DNA of 64,000 nt from Pseudomonadota bacterium (lineage in GTDB: Bacteria; Pseudomonadota; Alphaproteobacteria; UBA2136; JAPKEQ01), in assembly GCA_036141575.1 (NCBI GenBank), contig JAYZXF010000018.1:613-64612 (forward strand), written 5' to 3'. This document shows positions 12,203 through 20,567 of this stretch, in pieces. How positions within the stretch are numbered: position 1 is the first letter of the stretch; each line of letters starts with the position of its first letter. Below the pieces are notes generated by a model, which saw nothing but the letters and a program-made list of their open reading frames with translations, did no database searches and was not told the DNA's origin. A program made the translations under genes and the position numbers.

Positions 12203-13333
12203 CTATTTATTTGTCAGAGTTTTAAGGAGGTCAGCTCCAGACATTGTGGCTGGTTTTTCTTGTGGCCTCTCTACAGGTGTGACAGGAGCAGGTTGTGCTG
12301 CTGGCTGTTCTGTACTGTGACCATTTTCTTCTTCGTGTTCGGCGCTGTGGTCTGCAAAAGGTTCCGCAACACCATCTTCACCATCATACTTTTCAAGGTC
12401 ACCTTCTTCAGCAAGGCATTGGAAGTAACCACGGACACCACCTTTAACGCGGTTGAGCTGGATTACACCGTAAATATCGCTCACCAACTGGCGGCGTAAA
12501 ACGTTAATGGCAGATTCCATTGTGTCACCATTAAGAAGGACACGGTTAATAACGGCATCAATGGCACTCTTAGGGTCGTTGGCGTGAATGGTTGCCATAG
12601 AACCTGCGTGACCCGTGTTAATGGCACTACAGAATGTGAAAGCGTTCTCTTTACGAATCTCACCAAGCAGGATTCGGTCTGGACGCATACGGAGTGCAGC
12701 GTTAAGAAGGGCGTTAATGTCAGGAGCATTATCTTTTTTCTCACCACTGCTAAATGTTAGAGCAACCCAGTTATGTAGAGGAACTTTAAGTTCTCGAACA
12801 TCCTCTAGAGTCAGAACACGTTCTTCTTTAGGCACATACTGTAAGATCACGTTCATGAAAGATGTTTTACCTGAGCCTGTACCCCCAGAGATCAGAAGTG
12901 TCTTGTGGTTCTGTACGGCATCAATAATGTCTTTTTTATCTTTTTCACTAAGCATGTAATCATCAATGGTGAACTCACGCTCGTTGAAAAGACGAATCGC
13001 CATAGAGAAACCCATCTGGTTTTGTTCACCAGCAACAACCTGTGCACGGTGACCTCCCGGGAGGCGGAATGATAGAATAGGGTTTTTAACGTTATAACTT
13101 TCGTTGTAACGGTCAGCAAACAAGCGAAGAATATCAAGAAGTGCAGCTTGAGTTAGCTCTGGCGTTTCAATACGCTCCCAATCACCGGCAAAGGTTTCGT
13201 AAATAGCCTCGCCAGGAGTATTGATGACTAGCTCTTTACGGCCTTTTGTGTTTTCTGGAGCAAGAAGGTTCATCAGTGGTTCTGCGAGCTTCTTCTCCGT
13301 AGGGCTCATTGCAAAATCGCCTTGTTTCGCCAT
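12203..13333 (-). CDS. VirB11/TrbB-type secretion (type II/IV family) hexameric ATPase, orphan, with an acidic/Pro-rich C-terminal tail
   Basis: Walker A LISGGTGSGKTS, Asp box RPDRILLGEIR, His box NTGHAGSMATIHAN. The last ~68 aa are low complexity, rich in E, D, P and Q. Confidence 0.8.
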   Translation of the reverse strand: MAKQGDFAMSPTEKKLAEPLMNLLAPENTKGRKELVINTPGEAIYETFAGDWERIETPELTQAALLDILRLFADRYNESYNVKNPILSFRLPGGHRAQVVAGEQNQMGFSMAIRLFNEREFTIDDYMLSEKDKKDIIDAVQNHKTLLISGGTGSGKTSFMNVILQYVPKEERVLTLEDVRELKVPLHNWVALTFSSGEKKDNAPDINALLNAALRMRPDRILLGEIRKENAFTFCSAINTGHAGSMATIHANDPKSAIDAVINRVLLNGDTMESAINVLRRQLVSDIYGVIQLNRVKGGVRGYFQCLAEEGDLEKYDGEDGVAEPFADHSAEHEEENGHSTEQPAAQPAPVTPVERPQEKPATMSGADLLKTLTNK

Positions 13334-13356
13334 GCGTTTTCTCTTTCTATTTTTGT

Positions 13357-14253
13357 TTATGACGCGTTCTTATGGGAAGCCTTAGGAGCGTCGTGTTTAT
13401 GTTTATCAATATCTCTATGTCTTAGGGTGACACGGAAGCCTTTTTCTTTAAGAGCCTCTTCAACATTCATGGCCATTGTGACACTACGGTGAGCTCCACC
13501 AGTGCAGCCAATAGCGACAGTTGCATAAGGGCGGTCTAGTGTTTCAAAGATAGGAAGCTGGAATGCCAGGAGGTCTAAAATACGATCAGCTGTTGGGGTA
13601 AAGTTATCGTCAGTTTTTACGTAAGAGCGCACCTTTTCGCTTTCGCCTGTGTATGGCTTAAGGCTGGGTTCCCAATGGGGGTTTTTTAGGTGTCTTACAT
13701 CAAAGACCATGTCCGCCATAGTGGGCATGCCATGCTTAAACCCGAAGCTGGTCACAAACACTTGCATATGGGTGTGTTGTGTATCATCAAACTGTGCTTC
13801 AAGAACACTCCAGAAGTTTGCTGGTGTAAAACCAGAGGTATCAATAGAGAACGTAGCTTTATCTTTGAGAGGGGCAAGGAGAGTTTCTTCTAGGGCAAGG
13901 CTTTCATCAATAGGGCGTCCCATAGCGAGTGGGTGGCGGCGACGGTTTGTTGAAAAGCGTTTAAGAAGTTCAGCAGGTGAAGCTGTGAGATACAGAATAT
14001 CAACTTTAATATCTTTAAGATGATCTAGCTCTTCTGCAAAAGTGCTTGCATGTGTTTCCAGCTCTCTTGTGCGAACATCAACGCCAAGGGCCAGTTTGTC
14101 TGGCAGAGCTGATTGATCAGAAAGGAGTGGGGCCATGAGGGAGAGGGGCATATTATCAATACATTCAAAGCCCATATCCTCAAGGCATTTAAGTGCCTCA
14201 GACTTACCAGCACCAGACAGGCCTGTCACAATCACGATACGTTTTTGAGTCAT
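13357..14253 (-). CDS. rapZ: RNase adapter protein RapZ (YhbJ)
   Basis: N-terminal VTGLSGAGKS P-loop, C-terminal IGCTGGAHRSV motif. Confidence 0.9.
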   Translation of the reverse strand: MTQKRIVIVTGLSGAGKSEALKCLEDMGFECIDNMPLSLMAPLLSDQSALPDKLALGVDVRTRELETHASTFAEELDHLKDIKVDILYLTASPAELLKRFSTNRRRHPLAMGRPIDESLALEETLLAPLKDKATFSIDTSGFTPANFWSVLEAQFDDTQHTHMQVFVTSFGFKHGMPTMADMVFDVRHLKNPHWEPSLKPYTGESEKVRSYVKTDDNFTPTADRILDLLAFQLPIFETLDRPYATVAIGCTGGAHRSVTMAMNVEEALKEKGFRVTLRHRDIDKHKHDAPKASHKNAS

Positions 14254-14268
14254 ATGATCTTTTTCTTC

Positions 14269-14302
14269 TTTTTATCCCTATCAAATTTTTATCCCTATCA
14301 AA
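14269..14302. repeat. perfect tandem duplication of a 17-nt unit (tttttatccctatcaaa x2) between the hpf terminator and the rapZ start
   Basis: Read directly: 14269-14285 and 14286-14302 are identical. Confidence 0.95.
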
Positions 14303-14326
14303 AAGTATGCGGGGTAAAAACCCCGC
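14300..14326 (-). terminator. rho-independent terminator after hpf
   Basis: Stem gcgggg / ccccgc with loop taaaaa, followed by a T-run on the minus strand. Confidence 0.7.
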
Positions 14327-14344
14327 ACACAATATTTTTTCGGT

Positions 14345-14974
14345 TTAGCCAGCAGCCTGAAGCTGTTCTGTACCTTCCCTGTGTGGCTCAACCCACCCAA
14401 TCGTGCCAGATGGCTCACGGTAAACTACGTTGAGGTCACCTGATTTCGGGTTTTGGAAGATGAAGAAGTTTGTGTGAAGCAAGTCCATCTGCATCACAGC
14501 TTCGTCCACTGTAAGGGTTTGAATATTACGTACATCTTTATGCTCAATCTTTGGCATAAACTCAGCAAACATGTCATCTGGGAAATCTTCTAGAGAAGAC
14601 TCTTCAACTGTTTGGTGACGTAGAGAGATGGCTTGTGCCTGCTCTTCAATAGCAACCAGACGTTCGTTTTTCTCCATACGACGGTTCAGGTGCTTGTTCA
14701 TGCGACCTTTGTACTTATCAATTTGTTTGAGCAGTTTGCTGCATGCATCGTCTGTTGCAAGGTAAAGGTCTGCGCCTTCACCTGCTGCGCGCATGTTAAG
14801 TCCGCTTGCAAAAAGCGTAATTTCAGACACAAATTTGTGACCATCTTTTTTAAGACTCACATCAGCTTCATGAATTTGGCTGAAAATGTTCGTCAGTTGA
14901 GAGAGTTTTTCCTCAATATGTGCTTTGAGTGTGTCACCTGTGTCAACGTGTAGTCCTGCGATAGATAGCTTCAT
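14345..14974 (-). CDS. hpf: ribosome hibernation promoting factor (long form)
   Basis: N-terminal MKLSIAGLHVDTGDTLKAHIEEKL of the RaiA/HPF family plus a C-terminal extension; lies directly downstream of rpoN. Confidence 0.85.
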   Translation of the reverse strand: MKLSIAGLHVDTGDTLKAHIEEKLSQLTNIFSQIHEADVSLKKDGHKFVSEITLFASGLNMRAAGEGADLYLATDDACSKLLKQIDKYKGRMNKHLNRRMEKNERLVAIEEQAQAISLRHQTVEESSLEDFPDDMFAEFMPKIEHKDVRNIQTLTVDEAVMQMDLLHTNFFIFQNPKSGDLNVVYREPSGTIGWVEPHREGTEQLQAAG

Positions 14975-15011
14975 TTGCTACTCTCCCTTTGTTTTTTATT
15001 TTACTAAAATT

Positions 15012-15039
15012 AGTATAGCGCAGCTTGTGCCCCATCTAA
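15012..15039 (-). promoter_or_regulatory. candidate sigma-70 promoter for hpf (TTAGAT-N16-TATACT)
   Basis: Minus-strand hexamers lie at 15039-15034 and 15017-15012, about 38 nt upstream of the hpf ATG and downstream of the rpoN terminator. Confidence 0.35.
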
Positions 15040-15094
15040 AGATTTATGGGGTGGTGCACCAATATTTTTTCCTTAAAAACCAACAAAAATTGCA

Positions 15095-15138
15095 TACAGA
15101 AAACATCCTTAAAAAGCCTTACTTTTAAGGGGATGTTT
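15095..15138 (-). terminator. rho-independent terminator after rpoN
   Basis: About 14-bp stem (aaacatccttaaaa / ttttaagg-gg-atgttt) with a 2-nt bulge, followed by TTTTCTGT on the minus strand. Confidence 0.7.
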
Positions 15139-15160
15139 ACCTATTTAATTTGCTGATTTT

Positions 15161-16591
15161 TTAGAAACGGATGCGGCGCCCCGTTGTCGATGGAATGTTC
15201 ATCGCTTCACGGTACTTGGCAACGGTACGACGAGCGACGTCGACACCTTCGCGTTTTAGCATGCCCACAAGCTTCTCATCGCTGAGAGGTTTGCGTGCGT
15301 CTTCATTATCAATTAGGCGCTTAATCATTTGTTTCACACTTTCAGAAGCCACGCCAACTTGGCCACCTGTTGTGTTGATTGCGCTTGAGAAAAAGTATTT
15401 GAGCTCAAATACACCCATTGGTGTTTGCATGTACTTGCCGTTTGTCACACGTGAAACTGTAGACTCGTGAACATCAACAAGTTCAGCAACATCTTTAAGG
15501 GTGAGGGGCTGAAGGTACTCAGGACCAAACTCGAAGAAATCTTTTTGTTTTTCTAGAATAGCGCCTGCCACCTTATGGATTGTACGCGCGCGTTGCTCTA
15601 GGCTTTTCATGAGCCATTGGGCACGGCTCATGCGTTCGTTAATAAATTGTTTTTCTTCAGTGTTCTTTGTTGAGAATCCACCATTGACAAGAACCTTAGG
15701 CATCGCTTCAGCATTAAGCTCTTGCATCCATTCACCTTTTTCGTTCTTACGAATAATCACATCTGGGATGACATTTGAAGCGTTATCGCTGCCGTATTTC
15801 AGGCCTGGTTTAGGGTTGAGTGTTGTAATCGAAGCAATGAGTTCTTCAATTTGATCATGAGAAACCCCTGCCATTTTGGCAAGTTTACCAAATTCTTTGC
15901 GGGCCAAAACTTCAAGGTTATCAAGGATAACATCATGGGCTTCACTGTAGAGGCCTTCGCTTACAAGTTGAAGCTTCAGGCACTCTGCAAGGCTTCTTGC
16001 GCCTACGCCAGCTGGCTCAAATGTTTGGATCATAGAAAGAACCTGAGTGATCTGGTGTTCTTTTAATTTGAGGCGTTCTGCCATTTGTTTGGCATCTGCT
16101 TGCAAGTAGCCAGCATCGTCAATGGCATCAATCAGGTAGTGTCCGATAAAGAGTTGAACAGGATCGTTTACGGCTTCACCAAGTTGTGTTGTCAGGTGAT
16201 CCTTAAGTGTAAGCTCTTTTGTAGCTGTATTTTCCCAGTAGCTATCATCTGTATCATTAAAAGATCCACCAGAAGAACTTGCTCCCATACTTGGGCTTTC
16301 ATACATGTTGTCCCATGAGTGATCAAGCGCAAGGCTCTCATCATTATCGCTCATAGAGGTGTTTTCAAGGTGATCTGCTGTGTCAGTTGTTTTTGTTTCA
16401 AACTCAGCAGAAGACTCAACTTCTGTCACGCCATCATCTTTTTGAAGGAAAGGATTTTCGAGAATTTCTGAATCAATAAACTCGTTCAGGTCAACCATAG
16501 GCATCTGCAAAAGCTTAATTGCCATCTGCAATTGCGGCGTCATAACCAGGCCTTGGCCAAGTTTGATATCTAGCTTCTGTGTAAGTGCCAT
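15161..16591 (-). CDS. rpoN: RNA polymerase sigma-54 factor
   Basis: N-terminal MALTQKLDIKLGQGLVMTPQLQ, C-terminal RpoN box ARRTVAKYRE. Confidence 0.95.
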   Translation of the reverse strand: MALTQKLDIKLGQGLVMTPQLQMAIKLLQMPMVDLNEFIDSEILENPFLQKDDGVTEVESSAEFETKTTDTADHLENTSMSDNDESLALDHSWDNMYESPSMGASSSGGSFNDTDDSYWENTATKELTLKDHLTTQLGEAVNDPVQLFIGHYLIDAIDDAGYLQADAKQMAERLKLKEHQITQVLSMIQTFEPAGVGARSLAECLKLQLVSEGLYSEAHDVILDNLEVLARKEFGKLAKMAGVSHDQIEELIASITTLNPKPGLKYGSDNASNVIPDVIIRKNEKGEWMQELNAEAMPKVLVNGGFSTKNTEEKQFINERMSRAQWLMKSLEQRARTIHKVAGAILEKQKDFFEFGPEYLQPLTLKDVAELVDVHESTVSRVTNGKYMQTPMGVFELKYFFSSAINTTGGQVGVASESVKQMIKRLIDNEDARKPLSDEKLVGMLKREGVDVARRTVAKYREAMNIPSTTGRRIRF

Positions 16592-16732
16592 GATTCTTCC
16601 CCTATTTGATTGTATTATACGCTAAAGAGGCGCAGTGCTCTATATTCTATGGGAAGATAGCCAAGGGAATTGTGCTTAAAAAATCACAACTTACGAAAAT
16701 CAAGGGGTTAAGAGGAGGTTTTTCCTGACATG

Positions 16733-16880
16733 TTTGGCATATTTTTTGCATATTGTCAGAAAATCAATCATAAGCGGCTCTCCTGACAGTACGAATTATC
16801 CAATCAATACTTTATATGGGCGATTATTTAGTTTTCTCATCGCTTAAGTACGCTTTGCTTATACTTTACACTCTTCTAAA
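16733..16880. repeat. intergenic repeat, family 2, copy A (rpoN-lptB spacer)
   Basis: Aligns with 36759-36911. The core tcgcttaagtac ... tactttac.ctc.tctaaaa is nearly identical, and an aaaatcaa block is shared upstream. Confidence 0.75.
16734..16749 (+). promoter_or_regulatory. near-consensus sigma-54 -24/-12 promoter (TGGCAT-N5-TTGCA) on the + strand, divergent from rpoN
   Basis: TGGCAT 16734-16739, spacer atttt, TTGCA 16745-16749. GG-N10-GC spacing is exact. A dyad TTGTG-N9-CACAA (16670-16688) lies about 80 nt upstream of the predicted start site. Confidence 0.5.
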
Positions 16881-16945
16881 AATAAATTTTCATCCCATAG
16901 CGCCCTTTTTAGGGCTTAAATGTATTCTTGAATAATTCGGTAAAG

Positions 16946-17701
16946 CTAAGAAAGCTTAAAGTCCTCACCAAGGTAGACTTTACGTACACTTTCGTTGTTT
17001 ACGATGTCTTCAGGTGTGCCTTCCATAATCACACGGCCTTCATGAAGAATATACGCACGATCTACAATGCTGAGCGTTTCGCGTACGTTATGATCGGTAA
17101 TGAGAACACCAATACCACGTGTTTTCAGATCAGACACAAGCGCTCGAATATCACCAATGGCAATTGGATCGATCCCCGCAAAAGGTTCATCAAGGAGAAT
17201 ATATGTTGGGTTAGATGCAAGGCCGCGGGCAATTTCAACCCGACGACGCTCACCACCCGACAAGGCAACAGCTGGTGCATGACGAATGCGACCAAGGCCA
17301 AAATCTTGTAGGAGTTGTTCAAGGCGGTTTTGAACCCAAACCTTATCTTTGCTCATGACTTGAAGAATGGCGCGAATGTTATCTTCAACGCTCATGCCTC
17401 TAAAAATAGATGGTTCTTGAGGAAGGTAACCAAGACCTTGACGGGCACGTTTATAAACAGGCCAGTCTGTTACGTCCTTGCTGTCCATCGTAATTTCACC
17501 AGAATCAACAGTGTTAAGACCTGCAACAGCATAAAACGTAGATGTTTTACCTGCGCCGTTAGGGCCTAGGAGGGCTACAACTTCACCACGGCTGACATGT
17601 AGCGATACATCGTTAAGAATTGTACGCTTTTTGATAACTTTTTTGAGGCCTCTCGCTACAAGACCTGCATCAGTTTGTGATGGTTGTGCTTTTTTGTTCA
17701 T
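16946..17701 (-). CDS. lptB: LPS export ABC transporter ATP-binding protein
   Basis: GPNGAGKTS Walker A, LSGGERRR signature; follows lptA. Confidence 0.9.
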   Translation of the reverse strand: MNKKAQPSQTDAGLVARGLKKVIKKRTILNDVSLHVSRGEVVALLGPNGAGKTSTFYAVAGLNTVDSGEITMDSKDVTDWPVYKRARQGLGYLPQEPSIFRGMSVEDNIRAILQVMSKDKVWVQNRLEQLLQDFGLGRIRHAPAVALSGGERRRVEIARGLASNPTYILLDEPFAGIDPIAIGDIRALVSDLKTRGIGVLITDHNVRETLSIVDRAYILHEGRVIMEGTPEDIVNNESVRKVYLGEDFKLS

Positions 17702-18168
17702 TATTCCCCGAGTGTAAAAGAGCCTTTAACGCGTCCAGACTCTGTTCCTTTTAGATTGATGTCCCCTGTCTCTAAGTTATAGGAGAGTGCGCTTCCTTTC
17801 AAGGCGTTTTGTCCCTGAAGCAGCACAACGTCACCAGTAAGGGTTATAACAGATGATGTTGGGTTATAGATAGCTTTTTTACCTGAAGCTGTCGTCTCAT
17901 CATAAAGAATTGTTACGTTACCCTCAGCAACAATAGAGCGGAAATCATTCTCGTCTCCATCAAAATGCGCCTTAATATGATCAGCACCAATTGTGATTCT
18001 GCCTTGTGAAATCTTGACGTTACCTGTGAAATTGGCAACTTTATAGGTTTGAGAAACGTGAAGTTTATCCGCTTCAATATTGATCTTTTCTTTTGTAAGG
18101 CCTTTTTCTTCAGCGTGAAGAGTTGTAGGCAAGCTGAGGAGTAAAGTTAGGGCTAAGATTGTTTTCAT
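17701..18168 (-). CDS. lptA: LPS transport periplasmic protein LptA (OstA-like)
   Basis: Signal peptide, beta-rich 155 aa, lies between lptC and lptB with 1-4 nt overlaps. Confidence 0.7.
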   Translation of the reverse strand: MKTILALTLLLSLPTTLHAEEKGLTKEKINIEADKLHVSQTYKVANFTGNVKISQGRITIGADHIKAHFDGDENDFRSIVAEGNVTILYDETTASGKKAIYNPTSSVITLTGDVVLLQGQNALKGSALSYNLETGDINLKGTESGRVKGSFTLGE

Positions 18169-18791
18169 TTTTTAATAAAGCCTCCTTTTTTCATATCCCA
18201 AAGAGAGGGGTCAATCGTGACTTGGATGTTACGAAGTTCGATTTCTTTGCCGTGATTGCTGGCAATAAGCTGGTCAGAAAGTAGGGACATACCAATACCG
18301 CTCATACTCAGAGGGCCAACCGTTTCAATTTCTCTATCTTTAATATTGCCAGTGATGCCTTCTGTTTTAAGAGTATAGCCATAACCAAGAACAGCAACGC
18401 TACCTGTTAGAGCAATGTCTTGTGTAATAGGGTTGAAGTGGCCTGACCTTGCATCAATTTCAATATGGCCACCGGTTGAAAGAGAAAGAAGCGCTTTAAT
18501 GGCTTGTAGGCCAATATCGCTTTGGTTTTCATCTTCTGTGTGAGTCGCACTTTCCGCTTGGATATCCCATGAGCGGCCATCAGCATCCTCACCTGTATAG
18601 CGAGGAGACATCATTTTAGTTTCCCCTACGGCTTCTTGGATATCATCTGAGGTGAAAGAGCGTTTTTCGGCAGCAGGATCAAACTGAATGCGCTCAATAT
18701 CATCATTACCACCCGTTGTGAACAGCAGCACAGTTGCAAGGCCTGCAAGGCCAATAAGTGCAACTTTAATAAACCAAATACGGTTGTTCAC
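18165..18791 (-). CDS. lptC: LPS export protein LptC
   Basis: Single N-terminal TM and a periplasmic beta-rich domain. Called mainly from its position between kdsD and lptA. Confidence 0.6.
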   Translation of the reverse strand: MNNRIWFIKVALIGLAGLATVLLFTTGGNDDIERIQFDPAAEKRSFTSDDIQEAVGETKMMSPRYTGEDADGRSWDIQAESATHTEDENQSDIGLQAIKALLSLSTGGHIEIDARSGHFNPITQDIALTGSVAVLGYGYTLKTEGITGNIKDREIETVGPLSMSGIGMSLLSDQLIASNHGKEIELRNIQVTIDPSLWDMKKGGFIKK

Positions 18792-18805
18792 GGAAGTATC
18801 CTAAC

Positions 18806-19792
18806 TTAGATAACGCCAGCTTGTAGGCAGTGGTGAATGTGAATCAGGCCTTTAACCTTGTTCTCGCTGTCCACAACAAAAATAGCTGTTTTGTTTGGTG
18901 GAGACGTCATCAGCTTTACAGCTTCAACAGCAAGGGCTTCATCCGAAATTGTGATTGGTGAAGGTGTCATAACATCTTCAACAGTCTTTTCAAGAAGGCC
19001 TTCACCCATGTGACGTTTCAAATCACCATCTGTAATCATACCTTTCAGAGTGCCAGTTGTATCAATGATACCTACACCGCCAAGGTTCTTTTCTGTCATC
19101 TCAAGCAGAGCGTCTGCCATAGATGTGTTTTCATCAACAAGAGGTAGATCTTTACCTGTCGCCATAATGTCGCGTACAGAAAGCATTTGGCTACCAAGTT
19201 TTCCACCAGGGTGGAACTTATGGAAATCTTCAGCTTCAAAACCTTTGCGGTGCATCACAGTAATCGCTAGAGCGTCACCGAGTGCCATTGTCGCTGTTGT
19301 TGATGTGCTCGGTGCCTTACCAACAGGGCAAGCTTCGCCGCTAATATGTGTGTTGAGGATAATATCAGAGGCTTTAGCCAGTGTAGACTCAGGCTTACTG
19401 ACCATGCAAATAAGAGGCACACTGTAACGCTTGCAGTAATGAATCATATCACTGAGTTCTTTTGTTTCGCCGCTATTGCTAAGCGCAATAACAGCATCTT
19501 CTTCTGTAATCATACCAAGGTCACCATGGCTGGCTTCAGCTGGGTGAACAAAGAAACAAGGTGTACCTGTGCTGGCAAATGTTGCAGCCATTTTGTTACC
19601 AACATGGCCAGATTTACCAATACCAGTAATCACCACACGACCTTTTAGGTTTTCAAGACATTCAACAGCTTTTTTAAAACTGTCATCTAGCATGTCTGCA
19701 AGGTGTGTAAGGGCTTGTGCTTCTTCGTTTAGGACACGCTTCGCTTCGTCCAGTGAAACTTCAGAAGATTGTTTAAGGGCAACGACGTTCAT
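18806..19792 (-). CDS. kdsD: arabinose-5-phosphate isomerase (KpsF/GutQ family; SIS + 2 CBS)
   Basis: SIS motif GIGKSGHVG and a C-terminal tandem CBS region. Confidence 0.85.
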   Translation of the reverse strand: MNVVALKQSSEVSLDEAKRVLNEEAQALTHLADMLDDSFKKAVECLENLKGRVVITGIGKSGHVGNKMAATFASTGTPCFFVHPAEASHGDLGMITEEDAVIALSNSGETKELSDMIHYCKRYSVPLICMVSKPESTLAKASDIILNTHISGEACPVGKAPSTSTTATMALGDALAITVMHRKGFEAEDFHKFHPGGKLGSQMLSVRDIMATGKDLPLVDENTSMADALLEMTEKNLGGVGIIDTTGTLKGMITDGDLKRHMGEGLLEKTVEDVMTPSPITISDEALAVEAVKLMTSPPNKTAIFVVDSENKVKGLIHIHHCLQAGVI

Positions 19793-19815
19793 AATGTGAC
19801 TCTCAATACTTTAAA

Positions 19816-20439
19816 TTAACGGTGCGAGAAAATATCTGCTTCTTCCCAACCACCAAGGTCGAGTTGAGCGCGCACAGGGAGATAGTTAAATGACGCATCG
19901 GCCAGTTCAACACGATCAAGCTCTTTGAGTTTTTCATCAAAGTAAATTTTAAGCTGGTGAAGGTAAATCACGTCACTTGCAGCGTAATGCTTTTGGCTTT
20001 CTGTAAGCTCAGGCGCTGACCAGTCGCTGCACTGCTCGCCCTTATCCATGTTTGTGCCAACAATTTGACCAACAAGAGCCTTAAGGCCGTGGCGGTCTGT
20101 GTAAGTGCGTACAAGTTTAGAAGCAATTTTGGTGCAGTATACTTTTTCAGTCATGACACCAAGGTAATGCTTCATTACGGCAATATCAAAACGGCCGTAA
20201 TGGAAAATCTTTAGAATTTTAGGGTTTTGAAGAAGAGCTTTTAGGTTTGGTGCATCGTAGTTTGTGCCATCAAACTTAATGAGCCATACGTTACCTTCAC
20301 CATCACCTACTTGAACAAGGCAAAGGCGGTCACGCTTAATGTTCAGGCCAAGCGTCTCTGTATCGACAGCTGCAATGCCATTATTAAAAACTACGCCATC
20401 AGGTAGGTCACCGTGGCATTCTACAATGTTTACACTCAT
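19816..20439 (-). CDS. DEDD 3'-5' exonuclease, short RNase D-like
   Basis: AVDTETLGL (ExoI), HYGRFD (ExoII), YAASDVIYL (ExoIII). ATG at 20439 preferred over GTG at 20466. Confidence 0.75.
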   Translation of the reverse strand: MSVNIVECHGDLPDGVVFNNGIAAVDTETLGLNIKRDRLCLVQVGDGEGNVWLIKFDGTNYDAPNLKALLQNPKILKIFHYGRFDIAVMKHYLGVMTEKVYCTKIASKLVRTYTDRHGLKALVGQIVGTNMDKGEQCSDWSAPELTESQKHYAASDVIYLHQLKIYFDEKLKELDRVELADASFNYLPVRAQLDLGGWEEADIFSHR

Positions 20440-20520
20440 TTCAAATATTTCTTTCTTGTGTGACACAATAAGTTTGTTTCTGGAGTTTAGGGACTCTTTT
20501 GAGGTTTTTCAAGGGGAAAG

Positions 20521-20549
20521 GCAAGAAAAAGCCCGCGCAAATGCGCAGG
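20521..20549 (-). terminator. rho-independent terminator after the 382-aa hypothetical gene
   Basis: Minus-strand stem gcctgcgca / tgcgcgggc followed by TTTTTCTT. Confidence 0.7.
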
Positions 20550-20567
20550 CTTTCTCGGGAGTTCGAT

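Noticed and set aside
14269-14302. Possible CRISPR or minisatellite array.
   Set aside because: There are only two 17-nt units with no spacers and no cas genes. It is a simple tandem duplication.
15019-15034. Sigma-54-like motif TGGGGCACAAGCTGCG on the minus strand upstream of hpf.
   Set aside because: The GG-N10-GC spacing fits, but the -24 (TGGggc) and -12 (cTGC) blocks are poor. The same DNA reads better as a sigma-70 promoter, TTAGAT-N16-TATACT.
16928-17311. 127-aa + strand ORF antisense to lptB, downstream of the sigma-54 promoter.
   Set aside because: It lies entirely within the well-supported lptB CDS on the opposite strand and has no SD. Its composition looks like an antisense-frame artefact. 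Antisense RNA is possible, but a protein is unlikely.
20550-20567. tRNA T-arm-like string (gggagttcgattta) downstream of the 382-aa gene's stop codon.
   Set aside because: No acceptor stem, anticodon arm or matching 3' half can be drawn around it. The string lies between the gene's terminator hairpin and its stop codon.
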